64,000 nucleotides of DNA from Syntrophorhabdaceae bacterium. Its GTDB lineage: Bacteria; Desulfobacterota; Syntrophorhabdia; Syntrophorhabdales; Syntrophorhabdaceae. Position 1 is the stretch's first letter. Each line of letters begins with the position of its first letter. The DNA lies in NCBI GenBank assembly GCA_963666485.2, contig CAXXUO010000002.1, forward strand, positions 32,001-96,000, read 5' to 3'. The position numbers and the translations under genes are program-made. The notes below the pieces were generated by a model. That model ran no database searches. It had not been told where the DNA came from and was given only the letters and a program-made list of their open reading frames with translations. Below are positions 29,787 through 39,692 of this stretch, piece after piece.

Positions 29787-29803
29787 GGCAAGCGGCGTGC
29801 CAG
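29787..29803 (-). promoter_or_regulatory. sigma-54 -24/-12 promoter of the benzoate-CoA ligase operon
   Basis: CTGGCAC-GCCGC-TTGCC, near-consensus; IHF-like TATTAA-atag-TTA at 29831; TTTCA-aaaat-TGAAA palindrome at 29908. Confidence 0.8.
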
Positions 29804-30036
29804 ACCGTATAAAAAGTTATTATCCTTTGATATTAAATAGTTACTAAACACATACGATCGAGCCAAGGGATGCGGCGATTTGAAAAAGTTTTAAATTTTT
29901 AAAATATTTTCAAAAATTGAAAAGAAAGCACGGCCCGGGATGTCCTGCACGAACCAGGCGGTTCAATCTCAGTTTTTCGTAATTAATTGACATTATTTTC
30001 CGTAACTTAAATAATATATCAAATCGTCAACGCAGA

Positions 30037-30438
30037 TTGATGGAGGTGGGCTTGAAGCTACGACATTCCACAATGGCATGTGCCGCTGTTTTTCTGGCAC
30101 TCTTCTTTATACTTGTATCGGTTTCCCCTGCACTGAGCTACATGGGTACGAGTATGCTTCGCTGCGGTTCGGAGATCATCCAGCTGGGTGATTCGACGTT
30201 CATGGTAAAACAGCGCTGCGGGCAGCCTGCAGAGGAAAAGGTGATCGGGTCTGTCTCGTCGGGTTCGTACGGGAGCGACAGGAGGGGAGGTTCTTACCAG
30301 GAGTCCAATGTCCAGACAACCATCTTGACCTACAACTGCGGAAGCAACGATTTCATTTATAAATTGACTTTTCTCGGGGACTCCCTTGCCGGTATTGAAT
30401 ACCTCGGCCGCGGTTCGGGACCGAATACATGCCGGTGA
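30037..30438 (+). CDS. DUF2845-like exported protein
   Basis: Signal peptide then MLRCGSEIIQLGDS..V..RCGQP. Confidence 0.7.
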   Translation: MMEVGLKLRHSTMACAAVFLALFFILVSVSPALSYMGTSMLRCGSEIIQLGDSTFMVKQRCGQPAEEKVIGSVSSGSYGSDRRGGSYQESNVQTTILTYNCGSNDFIYKLTFLGDSLAGIEYLGRGSGPNTCR

Positions 30439-30462
30439 CCACCCGAAAGGTCCGTGATCATT

Positions 30463-31110
30463 TCAGAGCCGGAACCATTTCGGCTCTCTGAACCACTGAG
30501 TGCTTCGAAAAACGCGATTCGTATAATGTGACGCGTACTCGCGCTTCAGCCTTCCCGTATATCTCAGGAACTCCTCGTTCTTTACCAGCCGGCCGATATC
30601 TTCCGGTTCGTCGAACGTAAATTCCAGGACGATGTCGCAAAAACCGCCGAGTATGACATTCCAGCAATTGGTGACCTTCACATAATCTATTTGCTCCATC
30701 CGGGGGACATACTCATCGACAAAGAACTTTTCATATTCTTCTTTCATCTCGGGCTTCAGGTCATAATACTGGTTGAACTTCCAGACGCTTTTCTGGACCG
30801 GGTATTTTCCCGCCTTGATCGTGCCCTGCGGTTCGAGAACAAGGTTGTTCAGGTTCGTCACGAATTTCTTGAGGCCGAGCGTGAGGCGCCTGAAATCCTG
30901 TCCCATGATAATGCGCGAGATTTCGTCCAGGCTCTCTGACGAAAAAATAACAATGGTCCGCGGCCCGAAACCTATCTCGACATAGTACCCGCCGACCGGG
31001 ATAAAACCGAGCGCCGCAACCTGCGGAAGATAGGTCTCGTTGAAGTACCCGGAATACTCGTCCTCTTTCGCCTCTATGATATCCCAGTACTGGGCGAACA
31101 AAAGAGACAT
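30463..31110 (-). CDS. tandem NIPSNAP-like (dimeric alpha/beta barrel) protein, copy 1
   Basis: Two internal Q-Y-[WY]-D....EY..F....Y.P units; start ATG 31110 behind GGAGGAG. Confidence 0.65.
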   Translation of the reverse strand: MSLLFAQYWDIIEAKEDEYSGYFNETYLPQVAALGFIPVGGYYVEIGFGPRTIVIFSSESLDEISRIIMGQDFRRLTLGLKKFVTNLNNLVLEPQGTIKAGKYPVQKSVWKFNQYYDLKPEMKEEYEKFFVDEYVPRMEQIDYVKVTNCWNVILGGFCDIVLEFTFDEPEDIGRLVKNEEFLRYTGRLKREYASHYTNRVFRSTQWFREPKWFRL

Positions 31111-31180
31111 ACCCTCTCCTCCTGTTACGTGTATTGACCGGCCTCTATCATTGTACGTTAAATAAAATTCAAACTGAACC

Positions 31181-32239
31181 CTATGGTGCAGTGGGCACGC
31201 CGGATCCTTTGCTGCGGATAAGGTTGGTCCTGTACTGGATATAAATGTCGCGCATCGCAATATACGGGTCGACAGAGGCTTTTTGGAGCGCCTCGTATTC
31301 GCCGAGATGGAATGACGTATAGTTGACCCTTTCGTGAATGAAGAGGCCGACGTTATATACATTGAAAAAATTGTCGCCCACATATGATGTCGGCCTCAAC
31401 GGCCAATCGAAAAGAAGACCTATGCCATCCCGCACGTCGGAGGGGCCGAGAAAAGGCAGGACAACGTAAAAGCCATACCCGAATCCCCACTTCCCGAGTG
31501 TCTGGCCGAAATCCGCGTAATCGCGCTGGATGCCGAAACAATCCTGTGCACAGTTCCTCAATCCCCCGACTCCCAGGGTCAGGTTGATGAGCAGGCTGGC
31601 GAACTCGGTCCCCACATGTTCGATATCGCCTTGAAAAAGATTGTTGATGATACGTACCGGTGCCTTGAGATTGTCGTAAAAGTTGACAAGAACTCCCCTG
31701 ACCTCTTCGGGCACGACATACTTATAGCCCGTGGCGACAGGTTTCCACGCCCAGTAATATACCTTATCATTAAAAAGATACATGGCCGTGTTAAAAGGCC
31801 TGATCGGGTCATATACCCCGGTCCCTTCCGAGCCTGCAGCCTCGTCAGATACGATATCCCCGTATTCGTCCGACGTTTTTCCGGCACGGGGGACGATGCC
31901 TAATTCCTCGGGGGTGACATCCCCGTATTCATCAGAGGTCCCCCCGGCAGGGGCCTTTGCATCCTGCGCTTCCGGCTTCGGCTCGGCCGGCCGGGTCACC
32001 TCGCCGGCCGGTTTCTCCTGCGCATACCTCACCGGGTCATCGTTCCCGGCAAGACCCGCCACGACAATAGGTGCCGCGTCATCCGCCGCCTTGAGAGCGC
32101 GTATTGAAACAGACCCGATCTCCTGCCCGAAGAGCGCTCCCGCTGAACCCGCAAGGAATACCAGGAAAAACAGCGCCACCGCGGGCAAGACAAAAACAGA
32201 TCTATCCCGGGTGATCGCGCCGCCGAAAATTTTCATCAC
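31181..32239 (-). CDS. mlaA: MlaA/VacJ-family protein
   Basis: YDPIRPFN..FNDK, DFGQTLGKWG, VLPFLGPS.VRD, DPYIAMRD. Confidence 0.9.
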   Translation of the reverse strand: MMKIFGGAITRDRSVFVLPAVALFFLVFLAGSAGALFGQEIGSVSIRALKAADDAAPIVVAGLAGNDDPVRYAQEKPAGEVTRPAEPKPEAQDAKAPAGGTSDEYGDVTPEELGIVPRAGKTSDEYGDIVSDEAAGSEGTGVYDPIRPFNTAMYLFNDKVYYWAWKPVATGYKYVVPEEVRGVLVNFYDNLKAPVRIINNLFQGDIEHVGTEFASLLINLTLGVGGLRNCAQDCFGIQRDYADFGQTLGKWGFGYGFYVVLPFLGPSDVRDGIGLLFDWPLRPTSYVGDNFFNVYNVGLFIHERVNYTSFHLGEYEALQKASVDPYIAMRDIYIQYRTNLIRSKGSGVPTAP

Positions 32240-32857
32240 TTATTTCCCGCCTTTTTTCTTGCGCAATGTATCGATAAGCGTTTGCGGCGGATTGTTTCCA
32301 AGGATGTCCCTGAACTGGGTGCGATAATTGCTGACGAGGCTCACCCCTTCGATCACGACATCATAGACCTTCCATTCATTCCCTTTCTTCATCGCCCTGT
32401 AATTTATCGGCGTCTGGGCGGTGCTTGAGACGACGACTGTCTGGACCTCGACGGCATTCTCCCCGAGGGGCAGCTCTTTCGTAAAATTCACCTGTTCACT
32501 GTTATATGATGTGATCCTGTCGATATAGGTGTCCCTGAGCATGCCCTTGAAAAGCTCGACAAACTCCTTGCGCTGGTCGACCGTGAATTTGTTCCAGTTA
32601 AGGCCCAGGGTCCTCTTTGAAAGCTCGACCCAATCGAACATCTTGTCGGCGACGACCTCTATCTTCTGTTCCTTGGCCTTTTTTCCGGAAGGCCCTTTCA
32701 GTTTCGGGTCCTTCAGGACATCAAGGACCGCCGTTACATTCGCCTTTACGGCATCGGTTGCCGGCCCGGCAATGAGACACACCGGGGCGAGCATTATGAT
32801 AAACACCATCAAACCGGCTAATGATCTTTTCAACGCATCCTCCTTCACATGGGTCAC
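32240..32857 (-). CDS. mlaC: MlaC periplasmic phospholipid shuttle
   Basis: WKVYDVVIEGVSLVSNYRTQF. Confidence 0.93.
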   Translation of the reverse strand: MTHVKEDALKRSLAGLMVFIIMLAPVCLIAGPATDAVKANVTAVLDVLKDPKLKGPSGKKAKEQKIEVVADKMFDWVELSKRTLGLNWNKFTVDQRKEFVELFKGMLRDTYIDRITSYNSEQVNFTKELPLGENAVEVQTVVVSSTAQTPINYRAMKKGNEWKVYDVVIEGVSLVSNYRTQFRDILGNNPPQTLIDTLRKKKGGK

Positions 32858-33327
32858 TTCGTTTCTTTACCCGAATCCTTTTTTACGTCACCAAAGGCAT
32901 ACCTGCCAATGAGATCTTCTATATCGGCCGGGATAGAGGTCTGGGCTATGTATGAGCCCCCCTTGAGGGGCTCACCCGATCCGCCCGGATCTACCTTGAC
33001 ATATTTATCGCCGATAAGCCCGGCGGTCTTAATGGTCGCACTGGCGTCATCATAGATGATCGTGTTCTTGTTGATCTTCATTCCGACAACGCCCATCTGC
33101 TTGTCATGGTCAATGGTGAGGCCCGTGACGGTCCCGACCTGGATCCCGTAAACCTCCACCGCGCTGCCGACCCTCAACCCGGCGACGGACGTGAACCGTG
33201 CGTACAGGGGATAGGTCGTATCGCCGAAGAGTTCCACCTTCCCGAGCTTCACGGTCATATACCCGACACAGATGAGGCCAACCACAATGAAGATGCCGAC
33301 CGCTGTCTCCATTGAAAATTTTTTCAT
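32854..33327 (-). CDS. mlaD: MlaD MCE-domain protein
   Basis: ETAVGIF, FTSVAGLRVGS.V...GIQVG, IKTAGLIGDKY. Confidence 0.93.
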   Translation of the reverse strand: MKKFSMETAVGIFIVVGLICVGYMTVKLGKVELFGDTTYPLYARFTSVAGLRVGSAVEVYGIQVGTVTGLTIDHDKQMGVVGMKINKNTIIYDDASATIKTAGLIGDKYVKVDPGGSGEPLKGGSYIAQTSIPADIEDLIGRYAFGDVKKDSGKETK

Positions 33328-34568
33328 TCCCCGTTACCTCCGAAATCGCACCGGTGTATTGAAATGATCTCCTGGCGTTCCCTTCCCTTGTCTATGATCT
33401 GTTCTATCGAATCGTCAGGAGAGACTTCCACAACCCCCGCACGCACATAGATCTCGAAACAGGCCGTCCCCGCCTTTGCCGATGCCACCTTCTCTATCCG
33501 TTCTATTACGCCATTCTCGAGTTCGTTTGAAAAATCTGCCACGAGCCTTCGCGCCTCTTCAAGGTCCTTCCGCGGGAAGATGGTGAGGATCTCATCCCTG
33601 CTGTGACGCGCGGAAAAACTACCGATATTGTTGAAGTACTGATTGGTATATTCGCCGAGGACCTTGAGGACCTCGAGGGCCGCCTGGGCACCTAATGCTT
33701 CATGCAAAATATTCAGCCGGACACTGAAAAGCGCGGCAGACGTCTTCTCCATGGATGAGCTTCCCAGCATCGCCGAGTAGTGCATCTTGAAGGCCTCCCG
33801 CGATAAGAGCCCCGTCAGCTGGTCCTCAAATCCGTCAAGGCTTCTTAAGAACTCCTCGATCATCGGGACCTTCAGGCGCAATGCCTCTTCGTACGGCCCT
33901 TCAAAACCGACGCTCCCTTCCCAGAGTATTATCACCCGGTCCGATATAAAAAACACGTCCGGGATGTCATGGCTAATCATGACAGCGGTAAAACCATACT
34001 TCTTTCTGTAATGGATTATCATGCTCAGGATCATGTTCTTGCGAATGGGGTCCTGGCCTGTGGTCGGCTCGTCAAAGAGGACTATTTTGGGATCGGTTAC
34101 GAGTGCCCGCGCGAGCGCCACGCGTTTCTGCATGCCCCCCGAAAGCTCCGAGGGGAACTTTCCGACCGCCTCTTCGAGTTCCAGGTCTTCGATGCGCTTC
34201 ATGACGCGTCTTTCAATTTCCGCCTTCGTGAGCTTCATCGTCTGTTTCAACGGGAAGGCGACATTATCAAAGACGTTCATCGAATCGAAAAGGGCGTTGT
34301 TCTGGAACAGGTACGCTATCTCCCTGCGGTGGCTTTCCCATTCGGCCCTCTTCATTTCACTGACAGGCTGGCCCTGGAAAAGGATCGAGCCTTCGTCCGG
34401 TTTCAAGAGGCCGATAATGTGCTTCAGAAGAACACTCTTTCCCGTGCCGCTCTTTCCGATGATCGTCGTGACCTGGTTCTCATAGATTCTCAGATTGATG
34501 TCGTCGAGCACGGTCTTGTCGTTGAACCGCTTCGTAACATTCCTGAACTCTATCAAAGGTGTTTCCAT
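33324..34568 (-). CDS. mlaF: MlaF ABC ATPase fused to a C-terminal degenerate GGDEF-like domain
   Basis: GKSGTGKS, FQNNALFDS, LSGGMQKRVALARA, DEPTTG; then DQLTGLLSR...ARHSRDEI. Confidence 0.88.
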   Translation of the reverse strand: METPLIEFRNVTKRFNDKTVLDDINLRIYENQVTTIIGKSGTGKSVLLKHIIGLLKPDEGSILFQGQPVSEMKRAEWESHRREIAYLFQNNALFDSMNVFDNVAFPLKQTMKLTKAEIERRVMKRIEDLELEEAVGKFPSELSGGMQKRVALARALVTDPKIVLFDEPTTGQDPIRKNMILSMIIHYRKKYGFTAVMISHDIPDVFFISDRVIILWEGSVGFEGPYEEALRLKVPMIEEFLRSLDGFEDQLTGLLSREAFKMHYSAMLGSSSMEKTSAALFSVRLNILHEALGAQAALEVLKVLGEYTNQYFNNIGSFSARHSRDEILTIFPRKDLEEARRLVADFSNELENGVIERIEKVASAKAGTACFEIYVRAGVVEVSPDDSIEQIIDKGRERQEIISIHRCDFGGNGE

Positions 34569-34575
34569 ACCCTTC

Positions 34576-35469
34576 CTACATTAAGAACGATGTGACGACG
34601 TAATCCGAGACAAGGATCAGCACACACGAAATAACGACCGCGGACACGGTCGCAAGACCAACCGATTTGGCGCCGAACCCGTCTTTTCTCATGTGGCAGT
34701 AATAACCCTGGAAACAGCAGACGCATGAAACGATGGCGCCAAAGACGAGCGCCTTGATGAAGCCGCCGCGTATATCGACGAAGCCCAGGGCCGACTGGAC
34801 GCGGTAAACGTAGGTGCCCGCATTCGTACCGAGAAGAAGGACGCCCGTGATATAACCGCCGATGATCCCTATCAGGTCAAAAAAAGAGGTAAGCAGAGGG
34901 AAGCTGATTATGGAAGCGGCGATCCTGGGGCTGATCAGGTACCGTATCGGGTCGACACCCATTGCATAGAGGGCATCTATCTGCTCGGAGTTGCGCAGGA
35001 TACCGATCTCAGCCGCCATTGCCGAACCGGCGCGGGCCGCGATCATTATTGCCGTGAGCACGGGACCCAGTTCCCGTATGAGAGACAACGAGATCGCCGA
35101 GCCGAGGGCCCCGACGGAACCGAACTTGACAAGCGTGTAGAACAGTTGGAGACCGAGCACCATGCCCGTGAACAACGCGACGAGCATCACGATGAGTGAT
35201 GATTTTGCCCCGATGTAGTAGGTCTGGCTCGTTATCTCATAGATCTGTTTCGAACGAAATATATTGATAAAACCCAGGAAAAAGAAGATCGCCATGGCCC
35301 CGAAATTGGCGATCGTACGCACAGCGAACGCACCAACGGCGGTGAAAAATGCAAGGACCGGCATCGGCGTGCCCCCCGGTGAAACAGTTCCTCCCGTCAG
35401 CTTATCGTGATCCTTCATTATGACAGTTTCTTCCCCGCTGGGTTTTACAACACCCTTTTGGTCGTCCAT
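34576..35469 (-). CDS. mlaE: MlaE permease
   Basis: FTGMVLGLQ, RELGPVLTA, GSAMAAEIG..SEQIDAL, VGLATVSAVV. Confidence 0.93.
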   Translation of the reverse strand: MDDQKGVVKPSGEETVIMKDHDKLTGGTVSPGGTPMPVLAFFTAVGAFAVRTIANFGAMAIFFFLGFINIFRSKQIYEITSQTYYIGAKSSLIVMLVALFTGMVLGLQLFYTLVKFGSVGALGSAISLSLIRELGPVLTAIMIAARAGSAMAAEIGILRNSEQIDALYAMGVDPIRYLISPRIAASIISFPLLTSFFDLIGIIGGYITGVLLLGTNAGTYVYRVQSALGFVDIRGGFIKALVFGAIVSCVCCFQGYYCHMRKDGFGAKSVGLATVSAVVISCVLILVSDYVVTSFLM

Positions 35470-35631
35470 ATCATAGTCTCATCATTCCGGGCACACCGCC
35501 TCAAGGCGTGACATGACCGGGATTGGCGATGGCATGGGATAACTAAAAAACCCGCCCTGTAAGCCATTATAAGCAACCTTACGCTGTGCTGTCAATAATA
35601 GGGAAAGAATTCGGAGTCATACCGGCAGCCG

Positions 35632-35982
35632 CTAACTCCCGGTTTTTACCAGGACAACGCCGTCGACCGTCATTTTCCACTGCTGCTGCTCAAGGTGGGG
35701 TGCCTGTGAGACGACAAAGGTCGTCGTGATCATTGGCACGCCGACAATGAAATTATCGCCGTCAAAAGCCTTCAGGGGGCCCGAAACAGATTTGGTCACG
35801 CCGCCCTTGATGCGCTTGTATTTCACGGAACCATCCTGCGTGATAAGAAGGTACATTTCCCGCGACTGCCACTCGCCGACATATGCAGCCTTGTCGGCGG
35901 GGACCTCTATCCCGCACCCGCACATCAGGAACGGGACCGCGAGGAAAACAAGCAGCATAAAAACACGCATCCTTCCGGTCAT
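35632..35982 (-). CDS. hypothetical lipoprotein
   Basis: Start ATG 35982 behind GGAGGT; hydrophobic segment + MCGC lipobox; VPADKAAYVGEW. Confidence 0.7.
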   Translation of the reverse strand: MTGRMRVFMLLVFLAVPFLMCGCGIEVPADKAAYVGEWQSREMYLLITQDGSVKYKRIKGGVTKSVSGPLKAFDGDNFIVGVPMITTTFVVSQAPHLEQQQWKMTVDGVVLVKTGS

Positions 35983-36165
35983 GTGGGCCACCTCCGATAT
36001 CATGCAACTATAGTATTGTATATCGTACTTTGCCGGCGGGAAGAACGCAACTGCAAGATTTGGGTATGCTTTCCGCGTCGTCAAAATTGACACATGCATT
36101 TTCGTGCCTATAGTGTGAAGAGAAACGCAATCTGAGACCATCAGCTTGCACTGCGAGGTACGGGA

Positions 36166-37110
36166 ATGTACGTGGTGAATAAGGACATAAAGCGCGGCGA
36201 TATGCTCTACCGGGTGCTCGGTTCGACCGGAGAAGTGGTATCCGTCATCGGGGTGGGCGGCAACCATATAGGCCCGCCGGTAACAAAAAGAGACAGCACC
36301 CGGATAATCAGGGCTGCCATAGACGCCGGCGTCACGTTCATGGATAATTCATGGGACTACCACGGCGGCGAGAGCGAGGTCCGGATGGGCCGCGCTTTAA
36401 AAGGCAGATATCGCGATATGGTCTTCCTGATGACGAAGGTGGACGGCCGGACCGCAAAGGCCGCTCGCCTCCAGATCGATGAATCTCTTCGCCGCCTCCA
36501 GACAGACGTTATAGACCTCCTTCAGGTCCATGAAGTGATCAGGCTGGAAGATCCTGACAGGGTATTTTCGGAAGGCGGTGCGCTCGAGGCGCTCGTTGAA
36601 GCGCGCAAGGCCGGAAAGATCCGCTTTATCGGTTTCTCCGGGCACAAGGACCCTTACGTCCATCTCAGGATGCTGGAGACAGCCCGGGAACATAATTTCC
36701 GGTTCGATGCCGTACAGATGCCGCTCAATGCGATGGATACACATTACCGAAGCTTCGAGCACAATGTCCTTCCCGAACTGGCAGCTGACAACGTCGGGGT
36801 CCTCGCTATGAAATCAATGGGGTCGGGTGTCATTCTGGAGAGCAGCGTGATCAGCCCGGTCGAATGCCTGCGCTACACAATGAGCCTCCCAGTATCTACC
36901 GTCATAACCGGTATCGACAGTATGGAGATCCTCAGGCAGGACCTCGACGCAGTAAAACATTTTCAACCGATGTCCGAGGCGGACCGGAAGTTCCTCCTCG
37001 AAAGGACCCGGGATGCAGCCCGGCACGGCGCCTTCGAGGTATTCAAGACAACAAACATCTTCGACACCACCGCCCGGAACCCGGAGTGGCTCGAGGACCC
37101 GCAACAATAA
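36166..37110 (+). CDS. aldo/keto reductase
   Basis: LGSTGEVVSVIGVGG, DNSWDY, FLMTK, SLRRLQTDVIDL.Q.H, GKIRFIGFSGH. Confidence 0.92.
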   Translation: MYVVNKDIKRGDMLYRVLGSTGEVVSVIGVGGNHIGPPVTKRDSTRIIRAAIDAGVTFMDNSWDYHGGESEVRMGRALKGRYRDMVFLMTKVDGRTAKAARLQIDESLRRLQTDVIDLLQVHEVIRLEDPDRVFSEGGALEALVEARKAGKIRFIGFSGHKDPYVHLRMLETAREHNFRFDAVQMPLNAMDTHYRSFEHNVLPELAADNVGVLAMKSMGSGVILESSVISPVECLRYTMSLPVSTVITGIDSMEILRQDLDAVKHFQPMSEADRKFLLERTRDAARHGAFEVFKTTNIFDTTARNPEWLEDPQQ

Positions 37111-37135
37111 ACGGGTTGTATCAGGGAGGTATTGC

Positions 37136-37930
37136 ATGCCGGAATTGCCCGACGTCGAAATATTTCGACAATACATTGATCTCAACGCACTTCACCAGGC
37201 CATCGAGGATGTCGAGGTGCTCACCAGTACTATCCTGAAAGGGGTATCACCGGAAAGGCTTGCCGACACCCTCAGAAAAAACTCGTTCGAAGAGACCCGC
37301 AGGCATGGAAAACACCTGTTCATCCGCCTTCAGGAGAACGGCTGGCTTACGATGCACTTCGGCCTGACCGGATACATCAGGTATTTCAAGGACCGCTCGG
37401 AAGAACCTCCCTACGACCGTCTCCTTATAAAATTCTCCCGCGGCGGATACCTCGCATATGCATCCCAGCGGAAGCTCGGGCGCATAGAGCTCATCGGCAG
37501 TGTCGAAGATTACATACGGCAGCACGGCCTGGGGCCCGATGCGATGTCCCGGTCGCTTGATTTTTCCGCATTCAAAAAAGCGCTTTCAAGCGCCCGGCGA
37601 TCGACGGTGAAGGCCGCGCTCATGGACCAGTCTCTGATCGCCGGTATCGGGAACGTCTATTCGGACGAGATAATGTACCAGTCAAACATCCATCCCTCCC
37701 GCAAGATGAGCCAGCTCGACGAGCCGATGATGAAGAGGCTCTTTACCAAGACAAAGCACGTCCTGCGCAAGGCCATCGAATACAGGGCGGACCCCCGTAA
37801 GTTCCCCGAATCCTGGATAACGCCCTACCGGAGAAGCAGGCGAAAATTCGCCGGATGCGTGGGCCCGATAGAAAGCATCAAGGTGTCGGGACGAACATCG
37901 TATTTTTGCCCGCAGTCGCAGAAGATATAG
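37136..37930 (+). CDS. Fpg/Nei-family DNA glycosylase
   Basis: MPELPDVE, RHGKHL, HFGLTG, LMDQ..IAGIGNVYSDE; start ATG 37136 behind GGAGGT. Confidence 0.9.
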   Translation: MPELPDVEIFRQYIDLNALHQAIEDVEVLTSTILKGVSPERLADTLRKNSFEETRRHGKHLFIRLQENGWLTMHFGLTGYIRYFKDRSEEPPYDRLLIKFSRGGYLAYASQRKLGRIELIGSVEDYIRQHGLGPDAMSRSLDFSAFKKALSSARRSTVKAALMDQSLIAGIGNVYSDEIMYQSNIHPSRKMSQLDEPMMKRLFTKTKHVLRKAIEYRADPRKFPESWITPYRRSRRKFAGCVGPIESIKVSGRTSYFCPQSQKI

Positions 37931-37937
37931 GCGGCGG

Positions 37938-38227
37938 ACGGCTAACGGCGTACGGCATACGGCTAACGGCTAACGGAAAAAACTTTTCAGGAAATATACT
38001 GCATTAGTCAAGAAGAGTGCTGACAACTCAAGGTTCAGAAGAGGCGGACGAAGGGGCGGTCAATATGGCATAAGGGGCTCATGCGGGGGAGGTGGTCCTC
38101 AACGCAAATGTTGACTAGTGTGAATTATATATACCGCGTATCGGGAAATATTTTTCCCGGGCGATGTCTTTTTTTAATTTTTTTGGCAGGTGAAGAGAAG
38201 CCGTTAGCCGTTAGCCGTTAGCCTTAC
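37938..38227. repeat. heptamer-bracketed module CGGCTAA ... TTAGCCG between convergent genes
   Basis: Inverted arrays next to both stop codons; internal TAGTCAA...TTGACTA inverted ends. Confidence 0.85.
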
Positions 38228-39348
38228 GTTTCCTCCATCTCCACCTTCAGCGACAGGAATTTGAGCAGGTCTTTCAGGGCGAGTATGCCGACGAGCTTAT
38301 CACCGGTTGCGACGATGAGGCGGCTCGCACCGGTACGCGTCATGATGGACAGGGCCTTCATTGCATCGGTCTGGGGACCTACGACAGTCTCCTGGGAACA
38401 GGGCTTGGAAATTTCGGCCACGTGCCGTGTGTCCCACTCCTGGCGCGGGACTTCGTTGACCTCCCTTGTCGTCACACAGCCGACCAGGTGGCCCGAGTCC
38501 TCCACGATGGGAAACATCTTGTGATGGTATTTATAGACATAATCATCGACAAGGTCCTTCACCAGGATGGACGGCCTGACCGTGATCGGGTCCGTGCTCA
38601 TGAACCGCATTACCGGTTCTCCCTCCAGGGCCTGGCGGATGAGCAGCTGTTCGTACGCGGAACGCGCCGAACTCCTCAGGAACATGCCGATGAGGAACCA
38701 CCACATCCCGCCGAGAAAATTGCCGGTAAAGAATTGAAAAACCCCGAGCGCAACGATGAGTATCGCGAATCCTGTTCCGATGCGTGACGCAATACGGGTT
38801 GAACGGCGCAGGTCCTTGTTGCGGGCCCAGAGAATACTGTGCAGGATACGGCCCCCGTCGAGCGGATATGCCGGCAGCATGTTAAAGAGGGCGAGAATGA
38901 CGTTGATGACCGCGAGGTACCACAGTACACCGGCCACCGGTCCATGCTGTACGGCAAAGACAAGCGTTCCGTAAAAGATCCCTCCGAGAATGACGCTCGA
39001 TAAGGGGCCCGCGAGGGCCATAGTGAATTCGGCGAGCGGCCCGGGGGGATCCTCGCCCATTTCCGCTGCGCCGCCAAACATGAAGAGCGTAATGCCATCG
39101 ATCCTGGTCCCCGTCCTGCGCGCTATGACGGAGTGGGACAGTTCGTGGAAAACTATAGAAAAGAAAAGCCCGAGCATCGCGGTGATGCCCATGGTCCAGT
39201 ACGTGCGCGCCGGCAGGCCCGCGTATTGTGCCGGAAAGAGGCCCATCGACAGCGACCATGCGATCAGTATCGCGAGGATCGTCCAACTGGGATCGATACT
39301 GATCTGAAAACCGAATATCCTGAAAAGTCTTATCCTTCTTTCAAACAT
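38224..39348 (-). CDS. site-2 (M50) metalloprotease with CBS domains
   Basis: FHELSH, ALAGP, FNMLPAYPLDGGR, two C-terminal CBS domains; start moved to ATG 39348. Confidence 0.93.
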   Translation of the reverse strand: MFERRIRLFRIFGFQISIDPSWTILAILIAWSLSMGLFPAQYAGLPARTYWTMGITAMLGLFFSIVFHELSHSVIARRTGTRIDGITLFMFGGAAEMGEDPPGPLAEFTMALAGPLSSVILGGIFYGTLVFAVQHGPVAGVLWYLAVINVILALFNMLPAYPLDGGRILHSILWARNKDLRRSTRIASRIGTGFAILIVALGVFQFFTGNFLGGMWWFLIGMFLRSSARSAYEQLLIRQALEGEPVMRFMSTDPITVRPSILVKDLVDDYVYKYHHKMFPIVEDSGHLVGCVTTREVNEVPRQEWDTRHVAEISKPCSQETVVGPQTDAMKALSIMTRTGASRLIVATGDKLVGILALKDLLKFLSLKVEMEET

Positions 39349-39531
39349 AGTATTCCCTGGAACAGATCGCCCTCTTTGAGCAAGCAATACTGATACCAGA
39401 GGGTAACTAACGGTAATAATTCAGCTACGTGAAAGATTGTCCGGATAATGTGTGGCATAGTGCCCCACCCCGGGGCATGACGACCCAATAAACGAAGAGT
39501 CCGGTGGTGATAGGGGAATGCTGTGATGATT

Positions 39532-39686
39532 CGTAAGGCGTGAGGCGTGAGGGCGTAAGGCGTAAAAACAGGAAAAAACATACGAAAGATCCTGCTCGGC
39601 CGATACGCAGCAAACGTATATTTCGCGGTGAGGTTCGCCTCTACTCCTTACGCCTTACCCTCACGCCTTACGCCTTACGCCTTACG
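39532..39686. repeat. heptamer-bracketed module CGT(A/G)AGG ... CCTTACG
   Basis: Inverted arrays at 39532-39565 and 39646-39686. Confidence 0.88.
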
Positions 39687-39692
39687 GCCTTT

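Noticed and set aside
31111..31383. N-terminal extensions of the NIPSNAP-like ORFs (also 43125-43307) and PAC2 (40578-40688)
   Set aside because: They overlap mlaA or repeat DNA; SD-supported internal starts give matching paralogue lengths
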